Made by a program: the position numbers and the translations under genes. The notes below the pieces were generated by a model. That model saw only the letters and a program-made list of their open reading frames with translations, did no database searches and had not been told where the DNA came from. Positions 38,195 to 51,243 of a stretch of 64,000 nt of DNA are shown here, piece by piece; the first letter of the stretch is position 1; the number at the start of each line of letters is the position of its first letter. Location of the stretch: contig JAPETS010000033.1 of assembly GCA_026023565.1 (NCBI GenBank), positions 248,001 to 312,000 on the forward strand, written 5' to 3'. The DNA is from Cirrosporium novae-zelandiae. Lineage: Eukaryota.

Positions 38195-38887
38195 ATGGCT
38201 CGGAAGCGTAAAGCCCAAGAAGAGCACGGCGAGACCTCCGCATCGTCTCCCAAACGCAATGCCAGTGGAAAGAAAGAATCCCAATCGCCAAATCACCATG
38301 ACTTCGACCCGTACCCAGTTTCTAAAGCCTATCGCTTCATCGAGCCCGGCCCTGTGCTGCTAGTCACAACAGGGTCGCTGGCTGACTCGACGCACAACGT
38401 CATGACTATCGGATTCCATATGGTGATACAGCATGAGTCGCCTCCTCTAATCGGCATCTCGCTTGGCCCGTGGGACGCATCCTTTGCCGCCCTCAAAAAA
38501 CAGCGTGAGTGCGTGCTTGCCGTACCATCTGTCGAGATGGCTGGTGTAGTTGTTGATGTCGGGAATTGCTCCGCCGACGACGACGACGAGACCAGCAAAT
38601 GGGAGCGCTTTGGGCTAGATGCACTCCCGGCTGGGAGGGTTAAAGCGCCGCTGGTGGGAGGCCCTCACGTCATTGCGAACATCGAGTGTGTGGTTGAGGA
38701 CACGAAGATGGTCAGCAAATACTCGATGTGGGTTCTGAAGCCTGTGAAGGCGTGGATCAACCCGGACAAAATTCCTGGGGAAGGCGGGAAGATGTTTCAT
38801 CATCGTGGCGATGGTACGTTCGTGGTCGATGGGGACATTTTGGATTTGAAGGACAGAATGGTCAAATGGCAGGAGTTCCAAGATTGA
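38195..38887 (+). CDS. Flavin reductase-like FMN-binding protein (DIM6/NTAB/flavoredoxin family), intronless
   Basis: YRFIEPGPVLLVTT, HNVMTIGFH, ECVLAVP, VGNCS, KWERFGL, VKAPLV...ANIECVV, FHHRGDGTF. Confidence 0.85.
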   Translation: MARKRKAQEEHGETSASSPKRNASGKKESQSPNHHDFDPYPVSKAYRFIEPGPVLLVTTGSLADSTHNVMTIGFHMVIQHESPPLIGISLGPWDASFAALKKQRECVLAVPSVEMAGVVVDVGNCSADDDDETSKWERFGLDALPAGRVKAPLVGGPHVIANIECVVEDTKMVSKYSMWVLKPVKAWINPDKIPGEGGKMFHHRGDGTFVVDGDILDLKDRMVKWQEFQD

Positions 38888-39369
38888 TCATATTTTGTTT
38901 TCGCTGGGTCTAACGACTCTATAGCACCGACTACTTAAGCTCATAACGCTGGTGCTCCATGTTAGGACAGCTGATTTCTGATACTCTACTTAACCCCCTC
39001 TTATAGTTGGGTCTAATGAAGTAATTCAATTGCTGCTTAGCTTCTTGAGCTCTATAAGAGATGCCTTAAGTGGCATCCTAGGCTTTAGAGTTGTGCAAAA
39101 ATCACCAACTAGAAGCGGGGTTGCCGTCTTGGTGGTGGGCATCAATATCTAAGCGGTTGTACTTCTTTAGAAATATCGATTCCAATGGTAGCGTATTTCT
39201 CTTTAGAAGCTCCTGACACAAAATGCCATCCGAATAGGACCCCTGGGGTCGTGTATAGTCTAGGTATAGCCACATCCCCAGTAAGGGAGTCTATATGAAG
39301 ATCGAAAAGATCATTTGGGGAGAGCTTGGAGCAACACAGAAGAGCAATGATGGGTATATGAGAGACATC

Positions 39370-40440
39370 GCCTATACTTGTCTAGACAACATCCTGCAGT
39401 CTATCTCTTTGCGTAAAGAACAGTGACATCGGCAACGCGAGACGGGAGGAGGGCATGGCAGGTAAATGACCCAACTTTGGGAGAGGTGCAATTTCGAAGA
39501 ATTCAAACAACAAGTATCGTGGATAACAGCACTTATTCTGGTCATATCTCTGTTTGACTGTACCGAACCAATCAAAATATATATTAATCACTTTCGAATG
39601 TCACAAGAGTGGGATATTGCTCCCTCGCCGAAGAATTTTATTAGTGCGGTGGAGAGTATTTTGTTCAAAGATAATTATCTGTCAACAGGGGTTTTCGTTA
39701 CAGACATCCTAGATTTTGCACTCTGGATCATCGGTCACGATGCCCATGACGATCTTGACAGGGGGGCCTGGGTTACTTCTTCGGCCAAAGGCCAGGTTAT
39801 CTATCCAGTGCTTCTTGAATCTGGGATTCTCGTGGACCATGGGTTGCTTAGACTTGGAGGTGGTCCGGGGCGTCTTATTCACAGTGGAACAGAATATTCG
39901 AAGGTCAACGCTTACGACCAGGAGGAGAATGGGAGGCTATATCCCGACCTAACCTTATGGTTGGCATTTTATCCTGCAGAACCTGTGTTATAGCCTAAGA
40001 ATCTATTGAAAGATAAGGAGGAGCCTGACCTACGAATACTATGGCAAGCTATTGAAAAAGAGACCGAACTGCAGATAGCCTTCGGCGTCATGCCGGGCTG
40101 CATGATCTTCAATCCTCTACATGTTCTAGGGACTGCCGTAGAGAGTATATTCGCCCCATACTGCGCACACGAAAGCAACAGACCACTAGATTTTGTTGAT
40201 GAAGAAGCGTACTATATCACACCCTTTTGGTTATCTCAATCGTTAGTCTTAAGCTTAGGCTCTACCAAAATGCTGGCAAGGAACATAGGTAAGGAGGGTG
40301 TCATTGCCGTTGCGGGTAACCATGCGTTAAGATTTCACTCGTTGGTCAGCAATGTGCCGACTGTTGTGAGGATGAATGCGTGCCTAGGTTGTTGTTTAGA
40401 TCTTTGTCTCGAGGCCAAGTATCCTTATGTTGTTTGCTAA
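39370..40440 (+). pseudogene. Decayed gene for an uncharacterised fungal protein (3' part); in-frame TAG at 39991-39993
   Basis: ORFs 39466-39993 and 40006-40440 are in the same frame, separated by one TAG; Cys-rich end VRMNACLGCCLDLC...VVC; the 5' part is frameshifted or missing. Confidence 0.55.
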
Positions 40441-42264
40441 TTTAGTCAATTTTAGTTAGCCAGGAATGAGATGCGAAGAAAGCAAATAACAGGTAGTTAA
40501 TACTTCTAGCCAAATACCTTGACCTTTTGTCTCTGTCCAACTGTATTAGATTTCACTCAATGAGACACGACTACTTGCCTTCCCGCTTACTCTACAATTT
40601 TTCGAATCCCCTCATCACTTACCAATTTTCTTTCAATGCATTTAATCATCATTATTATTATAATCAACATCATTCATAGCAACTCAATCTCGGGCCACAG
40701 CCACCCACCATAGGTAAGTAAATATCCTGAAACATATAAAGAAATTTTGCGGAAAGGGGGAGGGAATTGATTGATTGATTCATTCCATTCTAAACTAGCA
40801 ATCCTAGATGAAATTAGTCTTCAGCATATGAATTCGCGGAGTGTAGAGAGAGAGGCCTACTACGCTAGAAGCCCGATTCTTCAAACCCCTCTTTCTTCTC
40901 CTCCTAGATGGATAGTAGCCATAGCTTCAAGCTTCTCTACCTCCCTCCCTCTCTCTCGAAGGGTTCTTATGGGGCTAATAAGACATTGCACCCTACCCCA
41001 ATCGGAACTGCTTAGCTTGAATACCAGTTCTCTTCCACCCCCTCCCCCGGAGACCGCAACCGCACGTCCTACATTATGAAATAAATAAGTGATTAGCGAT
41101 TGGGGGGGGGGGGGGCCTGATATTTATTAGGAAGCTTGATGGATGGATGGATGGGTCTGCTAAAAGGTGAGGATTTATTTACTTATTTTCGTGGGGGGAG
41201 AGTGAGAAGTATGAGATGGGTAGATAAGCATGCTCGTTGGCGGGGGAGGAAGTTATTGTTGTTAACATGGACATGGATAGGGCCAGTATATGTAACTATA
41301 GACCTTAGGAATTATTTTGGTAGGGTTTCAGGAGAGGTTGGAATTCAAGCATGAATTCTCGTTAATGCTCATTCTCCTCGGGATATCAATTCGACGGCTA
41401 ATCTAACTTACTATTAGAATACATGCAATACATGCATAGATATCTGGAGATGGAGTTGGGTAGAATGGGGGTAGGGTGCACCTAGAGGATAAGTCACTGG
41501 TCTCCTGACAGGAAGCGTTCAGCTTGTAGTCGTTTCTATTATTCGGACCCCTCTCAGATCTCAGCATTATCTGCTGTGCTATTCCTTCAGAATACCTGAG
41601 CATTCTTCACTGGCTAGGAGGATTTCCTTGTTGCTATGGGGTATTTAGAATTTCATTCAAAATATATCACCTAGGTCGTAGATTCATATCTCAGCAGCTC
41701 TATGACAAGTCTGATTAGGAATCCTAGAGCTTGAGGGATATATATTTTCTGATCCCATGCATTTAAACCTAGTTGACGTACGACTTCCAATGCAATAACG
41801 TCACCTTTTGGGAAGAGTGGTAACGAGTGGAATATATTATTCGGCGTAGCATAGGCCATTGTATTCTTCCTCATCAGACTAATCAACATTTCAAAATATA
41901 ATTGGTGATTCGATACCATTCTTTGAGTGTAAATGCATTGGGTTCAACGTAAGAAATTGCTTTCTTCATGGGGAAGTTAATGGTCAAAGGATATTTTGTG
42001 AAATTAACATTTAAAAAGTCAAGTCATGTCAGTATCATAATTGATCTTTGCATTTATACGGACTAATTAATTAGTCCTAGCTATGGAATCTGAAACTGAA
42101 TGCTTTCTAGGGTTGAGGGATTGATAGCTCGTCCTCGACCTCACTTTTGGCCGAGCTTATGTAGGGCAATAGTTAAGCGAAATCCACGCACACAAATGAT
42201 TTTCATTCCTCAACCTTTCTTCCCTCAGCTTGGACAATACTAACCATCAGGTCAATCCTTCAAG

Positions 42265-43399
42265 ATGGTGAGTTACCTCGCATTGCTATTGTCTTGATGA
42301 ATTGTTTGAGTCGCCATAAAACATGTACACCCAGTTCCAGGGTTGAGAGTCCTTGCAAGATGCTTCGGTGGAAATCTGAAGCGCAGAATTGCTGACTCGG
42401 GGATTTTCGTAGCCTTTCACCAAATCTGTCAAGAGCAGCGCTTACTACAGCCGCTATCAAACCAAATACAAGGTGAGTTATCCATCCAAGTGTGGAATTT
42501 GAATCTTAAAGCTAACTTCTCTTCAGCGCCGTAGGCAAGGAAAGGTATGAAGATATCGAATCTCGTTGACAGTGATACTAATCGAATAAAAGACCGACTA
42601 CTACGCTCGAAAGAAGCTTATTACTCAAGCTAAGAACAAGTACAACTCTCCCAAGTACCGCCTCGTTGTTCGCTTCACCAACCGTGATATCATCTGCCAA
42701 ATCGTCACCTCCGAGCTCACCGGTGACAAGATCTTTTGTTCTGCCTACTCTCATGAACTTAAGCGATATGGCATCACCCATGGGCTTACCAACTGGGCTG
42801 CTGCCTATGCCACCGGCCTCTTGATTGCACGTCGTGCTTTGAAGAAACTTGGTTTGGATGAGGATTTCGAGGGTGTTCCGGAACCGGATGGCGAATTCAC
42901 TGTTACCGAAGAGTCGGAAGACCGTCGCCCATTCAAGTGCTTCCTCGACGTTGGTCTTGCTCGTACCTCCACGGGTGCCCGTGTTTTCGGTGCCATGAAG
43001 GGTGCTTCTGACGGTGGCATCTATATCCCTCACTCCGAGAACCGATTCCCCGGCTTCGATATGGAAACCGAGGAACTCGACGCTGAGACTCTTCGCAAGT
43101 ACATCTTCGGCGGACACGTCGCTGAGTATATGGAAACTTTGGCCGATGATGATGAGGAACGATACAAGTCCCAATTCCAGGGCTACATTGATGATGATAT
43201 TGAGGCAGATGGTTTGGAGGATCTCTACACCGAGGCTCACAAGGCCATTCGGGAAGATCCTGTGAAGAAGGATGATGAAGCCAGTACCAAGAGTAAGGAA
43301 GAGTGGAAGGCAGAGACCAAGAAGCACATGCAAGTCAAGCTCACCAAGGAGGAGAAACAGAAGCGTGTGCAATCCAAGATTGCAGAACTCAAGGCTTGA
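42265..43399 (+). CDS. RPL5: 60S ribosomal protein L5 (uL18); introns 42268-42412, 42473-42526, 42545-42592
   Basis: Spliced [57 protein letters not shown]; also [25 protein letters not shown]. Confidence 0.98.
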
Positions 43400-44529
43400 G
43401 GTTGGTGTTGTCGGGTTGGATGGTTTCTTTGTGTCTCAAAGCTCTCCCATTGACGAATATGATGTCATGGAGATGGCCAGGACCGGAGACAGAGGGGACA
43501 CAAATTTCTAGCTTACGAATTAATGCTAGATGATAGAAATTCAATAAATTCAATAAATTCAATCAAGATGAAATAACGATGATCTAATGTATTATATGCA
43601 AATTTGAAAAGCGAATAAAAAGAATAAAAAATCAAATCAAATCAAAAACTTGTTAACAGACAGAGCTTGGTGGGCCCTGGCGGTGTACCCCGAATAACCG
43701 GGTAATTGACCGGCCCCGTCCACCATGAATGATGCATTAAAGGCTGATTGAATCATGTTGATCCAACGGTTACTGACATTGGAAAATTACTGTGTAACTG
43801 ATGTGAGAAAGAACTGGATGGTTCGAATATATATTTCGATGAGATTGCATTGTTCAGCATGCTTACTGTTGGTACAGTTCCTTCAAGCGATATTTAACTT
43901 TATGACAATACCTGAATTGGGTTTGTAGTGCCCTGGACCTTATGCCGGAACAAGGACTTCAATCAACATCTTCCAGCACCGGCTTTCTTGTTTAACCAAT
44001 AAAGACCCTGTCATCCCATCTTGCCGCATCTTGTTCAGCAGAAACTTTCCTCCACCTCAGCCATCGCTGCCATTGATGCCAAGGCTGAGCTGATCTGTCC
44101 TGTCCGTAGTCATCATCATTCCCAGGTTCTTAGAAAAAAAACCCCCCAACCAACAACCCCGACACCTATACTTGACGTACCATCGGCATATTCGTACAGT
44201 CTTATACAATCCGTACATATGCCAAATTCAAAATTGAATTAAGAAGATAACATTCGTCCAACGTCAACCTTCTTTGATCGATTAGTAAAGTGGTCGAAGA
44301 GAAAGGATTGACCGCCCACGATGCATTTATCTTGAAAGCCGTAAAATGGCTCCGTTTGGGCTGCATTCAATATTGTATTAGCAAAACCCCGCCTTCTCAC
44401 GAGGGAATCGCCTCCGTCCATAGTCGCATTGGCCCAACCCCAGATTGTTGTCCCCATTAAATCTTCCTCCCTTGATAGAAATCTTCAGACTCGGTGTATT
44501 TCCCCTACTCATCTTCCGCCATCTTCAAC

Positions 44530-47500
44530 ATGGAGGGAGTTCAAGGTGTCGACGTGAGCTGGCTACATCATTCTTGCAAAGGTACGTTGTCGGCTTCAGC
44601 TACCATTTTCAATCCAATTGCCTCCCCGAGTGAAAATCAATCATAGCAAGCGTCGCGAGATTGATCTCTTTATAGACCATACCCAACGACCACACACTTC
44701 TATAGAGGCCGTCCCACGCAGCGACTCTCCATCTCCTCGTCTAGAACCGAACCATAAAGAACCCGCAACATCCCCCACACCTTCTCCCCTTGCGAGTCCG
44801 CCATTAGTTGCTTCTCCTCCAAACGGAGCCGCTTCGCCACCGCCGCAACCGACTGCCAATTCAAGACCCCATCCTATAACTCGTACAAATTCCGATCGAC
44901 CCCCAAATACAAACTCCAAACCAAAGTCCATGTCAAGGAGGAACTCATGGATTTCAAGCATCAGTCAGAGATTCTCATCCACGCCAGCACCTCGCCCGCA
45001 GAACCCAGCCACAGATCATTCAAACAATCAAAAATCACAGACAAAGAATACCTCACCCCCGGACCCGAATGTAAATCCCTTTGGAGCAGCAGTCTCTCCA
45101 GCTGTCCACCAGGAAGAGAAAAAGGAAACCGCTTCTTCCCAACAACAACCTGCAAAATCCCATCCAGGCTTCTTTCAGTCTGCCTTCCGAAGGCTATCCT
45201 CTTCTGGGGTGGGAGGATTAGGTCGATCAGCTAGCACTGGATCGGTTTGCACTCGAAAGGTGATGAATGTCGACCCATACCGTGATCGTTGCAAGGTTGC
45301 AGATTTGGAATCCGCAAAATTACGAAGAGTCGCATTTTGCGTGGACGTGGAAATTGCGAGTACACCGCGGTACCCAGCTGAAGAGGAAGCACCCCAACCT
45401 CCACCTGAACGGCGGCCAAGCCTCGAAGCGCTCGAACATGCCGTAGAGATCAAGAAGAAGAAAAGTGCAGAACAAAAAAGAAAGGGTGAAGGCGAAGCTC
45501 TGAAACACCCCGAAGAGGTTGCCAAGTCAAAAGAACAGAATGGTGTTGTCAAGGGTGAGACGCTGACTAAAGAGGAATCTGAACGAAACCAGAGTCAGGT
45601 TGAGATAGACATGGAAGCCTTGAAAAGGAAGAGGGAAAAGAAGAAGCAGAATGAAGGCGCCCGGAAAGAAAGAAGGGAACGAAGGCGAAGACTAGCAGAA
45701 GCCAATGGAACGGTTCCTTTGGAGTTGACTTTGGAACTGGACAGTAGCAGTTCATCAAGTCCGTCCGGAACGGCTACGCCTAATGCTCAAGATAAGCCAA
45801 CTACAGACCCCTTGAGAATATATCGAAGATGTTGCCAGCTTCGAGAAACCCCAGTACTAAAAAAGATTGTGGAAGAAGTCACCGCCCCATCTTCAGTCCT
45901 CGCAGAAGCACCAGGGACAGTAGGCTGTCTTAACCTCAGTAATTATACCATTAAGCTAAATGACTGTATCACTATGGGCGACTGGCTTGCTGTTGTTCCA
46001 GTAAGGAAACTGATTCTCGATAACTGCGGCCTTACGGATGAAGCCATACGAATTATACTGGCAGCTTTGCTCGCCGTCAAAACTATGGAGCAAGCACGGC
46101 ATAACAAAACTCTAGCAAAGAAAAAGGGAACTGAAAGCGAAGACGCTGAAGAAGAAAAGTTGGGAGTGGTTGAAACCTTGTCACTCAAAAATAACCCAAA
46201 AATTGGCCCTGAAGGTTGGCGATACATTGCCTTTTTCATCTACATGTCGCGAACGCTCAAGGCTATCGACTTGTCCGGGATACCTTTTCCTCAACCTCCT
46301 TCTAATCCTTCGCATGGACCTGGCCATCTCATGCGAACAATGAGCGGACACCAGGTACCCCCTTGTTTGATGTCCATTTTTTCAAAGGCTTTAGGTGAAA
46401 GACTGGCATGGAATCAGCTCGAACAGCTTGTTATAGGAGAATGCAATCTGTCTGCCGAGTGTATTGGAAAAATAGCGGATGGGGCGATACAGTGTAAATT
46501 ACGCAGGCTTGGTCTTGCAAATAATCACTTGGATCATAAAGGGTTGGAACATGTTGCCCGATACGTGGCTGCAGGTTACTGTGAGGGCTTGGATCTAGGT
46601 GGTAATGACATACCGCAAAATTTGCCCACCTTGATAGATGTTTTACATGAAGACAGCTCTCTGGTTGCTCTCAGTCTTGCGGAATGCAACTTATCGCAGG
46701 GTTCGCTTTTACCACTGTTTCCCGCCCTCATGAAGTTACCCAATATTCGTTTCCTCGACCTCTCGCATAATCGAAATCTATTCGCAACACAACCTGATGC
46801 TTTAAGCCTCCTCCGAAAATATCTTCCTCTCATGCCTTCCTTGAAACGAATTCATCTTCACGATGTGGATATGTCCCCCGACCATGCAATTGCGCTTGCA
46901 GAGATATTGCCTGAATGTGGGGGTCTCTGCCATATTGGTCTCCTAGAGAACAAAGCCTTGGTGGCTCTGGCTGATGCTAAAGATGAAGCAAGCCAAGAGG
47001 AAGCATGTGCGCTTTATGCGTCACTGATGGTCGCCGTCAGAGTCTCGAACAGTATCATATGCATTGATATCGAGGTACCCAGTCAGGAATCCAGTGAAAT
47101 TGTCAAGGCTTTGGCCAAACAGTTGGTGGCATACTCGCTACGCAACCTTGAGCGTGCTACTCTTGCTGAAAGTTGGATGAATCTTCCACATGCAGGCGAC
47201 AATTTCCCGCTACCAAAGGAAGTCGAAGTTCCAGATGTCCTACTTCATCTAATTGGTCCTGCTGATGGCACAGATGCTTCCAGCGAAGATGAACTTGCTC
47301 CGGATGATGACTATGTCATTGGAGGCACTGGCGTTGTTAAAGCGCTCGGTATATGCCTAGGATCGGCTCATAACCATAGCAGACGCCCATCTCGGGACGG
47401 TACTCCAACTGGTAGCGGAACCATCACACCGAGAAACCCCTTGTCATCAGTGGCAAGAGGTAGAGCAAGAGATGTGTCGAAAGACTTGCTAGGAAGCGCG

Positions 47501-48272
47501 CGAAAAATCAGAAGTCGGATTCAGATTGCGCTAGTTCGAGAAGACAGAGCAGGAAATGATCTCAACTACAGTGAGTCCAAGCAGTATCTGGCTAGATGAT
47601 TGTTAATCTGAACATGGCCTGTTAGGACGGTTACAATTCCTGGATTCTACGTTGAAACGTATAATCGAAAGATTTGAGGATGAATATCCAGAGACTCGTA
47701 TACCCGATCCGCTTGACGTGCCGGGCATTGCTCCCGACTCCGTCTCCGATCATGGTTCTTCGGAAGATACGTCACTTAACTCTGGAAAGAAGTCCGAAGA
47801 CGCTGCTGGCGGATCCCCAATGTTCCACGAGGATGATGAAGGCATGATTATACATCCTCTTTCCCGTCGTAATTCGGATGTGTCGATTGCCTCACGGGCT
47901 TTGACCACGGAAGAAGGTCAAATGCATCGATTTGGACAGAAGATGCGGCGGGATATACTTCGTCCACAGATGCATGATCATCTTCACGGTACCACCGGGG
48001 ATGAGGAGGATCTCCTTCATATAGCTGCATTACGAGAGAGACTTGAAACTCTTTCGGGAGCGGAGATTCGATCCATGGTTGACAAAGATGGGGTTAAGGG
48101 AGTATTAACGCAGCTCGGTGCGACAGTTGAAGAGTTGATCACTTTGAAGAAAGAAGATCCAGCAGGGCTCGAGAAGTTGAAAGCAGCACAACTAACAGCT
48201 TTATTAAACATTGGCACGTCGAACAAAGCTAATGGGGATGATGAATCGGCTGCCGAGGATATCACGACCTAA
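44530..48272 (+). CDS. MHP1: Mhp1/Gip3-like RNI-type leucine-rich-repeat protein; introns 44582-44675 and 47571-47625
   Basis: Start MEGVQGVDVSWLHHS; RVxF-type motif LRRVAFCVDVEIA; IYRRCCQLRETP; LRRs (LSLKNNPKI, LDLGGNDI, LDLSHN); spliced YRRLQFLDSTLKRIIERFEDEYPE. Confidence 0.8.
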
Positions 48273-49291
48273 TGATATTTCTGGGATGGTGTACAGGATT
48301 GGGATATTATTAGGGACCTAAGATGTGAAATATATGGGTTGCTCTGTATTAATACCGGTTTCCTGGTGGCAAAGATTGCCTGGAGGTTCTTCGATTGTTT
48401 CATTAGATTGCAAAATCGTGGGTTACTCGTGGAAACTTTGCCAGATTTGTTTTCAAGGAGTCCTTGCGTTTGTTTCTCGGTTGATGATTGCACTTTAGCG
48501 ATGCTCTGGTCAAGTTTCATGGTAAGCCTTGTTTCGTTTTGATTTCTTTTTTGGCGGAAGGCGCTCCGTGAATGGGGTGATATTTACTCAACAATTGAAA
48601 TATTTTGAAGTATTCGACATTAATAATCCTGTTGATTACCTTTTGGAACTGTAAGTTGAATGGTGCCAACAGTAGAGGGTGATGAAACGGATGAACAAGC
48701 TAATGAGGGGAAGATGGAAGGTCAGCTTCTATCACTTACCTAGGTAGCCAGGAACACCCTACAGCAGGTTTCCGATATCCTATCATCTTGCCGACGGCTA
48801 CGTGCATTGTACAGAGATAGCTGTTTGACATTTTTCTACATTGGTACTAGCTACCCCGTACTTGAGAGAAACGATACCTTTATGCAATTCTCACATGATC
48901 TTTATATTCTTCCAATATGGTTAGCATCAGAAAAGCATGAAAATGTCTGGTTAGGGAAGTGCTTCAGAGCCACCGAACAAAGTTATCCTCAGACTTCAAG
49001 ATACCTTGGCTTTTCTTTGTGGAAACGGCTGCTCACATTTAAACCAGGGCATGTGAATTTTTCATGTCAAGTGGTACAGATAACCAACATCAGAAAACCT
49101 CCCCTCCATCTTTATCCACATTTGACATAAACCTCCTTCATTCAACCTGCCTTCTCTCCACCTGGACTTCCATCGGGACCCACATTGAGAAGCATTCTAT
49201 AACATCACCGTCAATTCATTTCAACTGCGATTGAACCATTCAATCGCTCTTCCTACCTCACATTTATGTCTTCTTTACAAATCTAAACGTC

Positions 49292-51243
49292 ATGGCACCT
49301 CCCAAAACCTTAACAGGGATTCTTGGTAGGCCTCTGGAGGCTAGGGATCTAGCACTAGTAGCAAATCTAGCTACTGCCAATACTGGACGAACGAATTGTG
49401 ATGGCACTTCATGTGAGTTCTCTATACCTTCTCGCCTCTCACCTTCTTAAAGTGAAATGATCAGGAAACTAACTTGGAGATCTATAGTTACTTGCAGCAC
49501 AGGGACCTGCTACACCGGGAAAAACGGATTCATAGGATGTTGCACGGCGTAGGTACTTTCATCTTACCTTTATTCATATCCTCGGAGTGAGATCAAGTGG
49601 ACTTGGATTTTAGGGTCATATTCAAGCATCATGAACCTCGTTTTGATTGTGAAGGCTTCCTACCAACTTCGTTCAGAGTCCTGGGTTATATTCATTAACT
49701 ATATTTTGCCTATAGTCCCAGCTGCGCTCCTCGCACGACATGCCTTGAATATACCGATTATCCCACCACTACTTGTCATCCTGATACCGGCGGTTGTCTT
49801 ACCTGTTCTGCAAATTCTGCTCCCCTCTGCGGAACCATTACCAATGAACTCATGAATCAATATTTCTTATACTGTAGCGATACTGTTCCATTTGCCAGTC
49901 AAATCGTGACCTATTCAAACAACTTTATGGGTTCAGTAGCAGGAGCCCCATCTCCAGCTGAGGCCACTGTTACAGCCGAATCACAGATTACTGTGCCTGC
50001 GACATCTACCGTTGACTCATCCAGCGTTAGTTCATCTACTTTGGCAAGTCCCGTAACTACATATTCATCGCCAAGCTCCTTCGAAGACTCGCCCACTTCT
50101 GGATTCTCAACTAAATCCGTGACATCACCAAGCTCGTTGAAGGAAATGAGTTCTTCAATCATATCCGCAACTCCAATCTCAACCATATCAGAAAGCACAA
50201 CCTTCGCCCAAAACAACTCCACAACTCGAAATTCCACCAATCTATCAAATGGGGCCGTCGCTGGCATAACCGTCGGAGCCACAATATCCATGATTACACT
50301 TTTTGCTGTCCTCCTCTTCCTTTACATCCGCCACAAGCGCAAACCCAACCACCTCAAACGAACCGGGAGTTTCTCTTTCACTCGTCGTCCCCTCAAGTCC
50401 AAATTTAAAGAAGACTTTCAACGATCGAGTGTGGGGTCGGCCTGGGATAATGAAGCAAATGCTAGCGGGAGTGTCAGAGCACCGGTACCACTATGTATCG
50501 AGACAGATCCTGGAAATAACCAGAGCCTCGGGGGCGCTTCAACGCTCGTTTCCCCGACCTCCTACGCCAACACTCCAAATAAGGATCCGCCATGGAGTCC
50601 CACATCTATTACCTCGCATTCTCATTCCCATCCAACAAGTCCAGAACTCCACGATCAACCTCTTCCCTCAATCCAAGAAAGCGGAAACGAGAGACTAGCA
50701 GCAGGGGATAATCCAGGTTTGATTCCGAGATCTTTCTCCGGTCGATCATGGGTTACAAGAGGAACCGCTAATAGGATGGATGGAAATAACAATGGCAATG
50801 GAGTTGAAGGTCTGGCCGAAGCTCCAGGTTGTACACCAAATTCTGCTGATATGCGACCATACACTGCACCGGCTTCACTCTGCGGTATTACCACCACTAC
50901 TACTGCATTTACGTCTGACGCGGATGTTCGGAGTCCTACATCACCTATCAGCTACCCCACACAACAAACAAACCATGAACTCCCCACGCAAAACCAGGCC
51001 CAGACTCAGACATTCGACCATGAACTTCCCACAAGTAGCACACCAACACCCAATACCAATACCAATACTAGCACTACCAACAACACTACCAATAACAGCA
51101 CGCCTATCACAACACCAAGTACAACCGAGCCCGGAAATACAATTGCAGATAGACCAACTGGATCAAGACTATCAGCCTCGGGAATAGGACCAGGATATAT
51201 GAGTGCGGAAACGGCTTTGGCTGGTGGATGGAAAAATGACTAA
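49292..51243 (+). CDS. Single-pass membrane protein with Cys-rich N-terminus and S/T-rich stalk (Mid2/sensor-like architecture); two 5' introns
   Basis: Exons give ...CSTGTCYTGKNGFIGCC...PSCAPRTTCLEY...GGCLTC; S/T-rich region; TM segment GAVAGITVGATISMITLFAVLLFLYI followed by RHKRK; disordered tail. Confidence 0.7.

Noticed and set aside
42578..43372. 264-aa minus-strand ORF
   Set aside because: Antisense shadow of the codon-biased RPL5 last exon.
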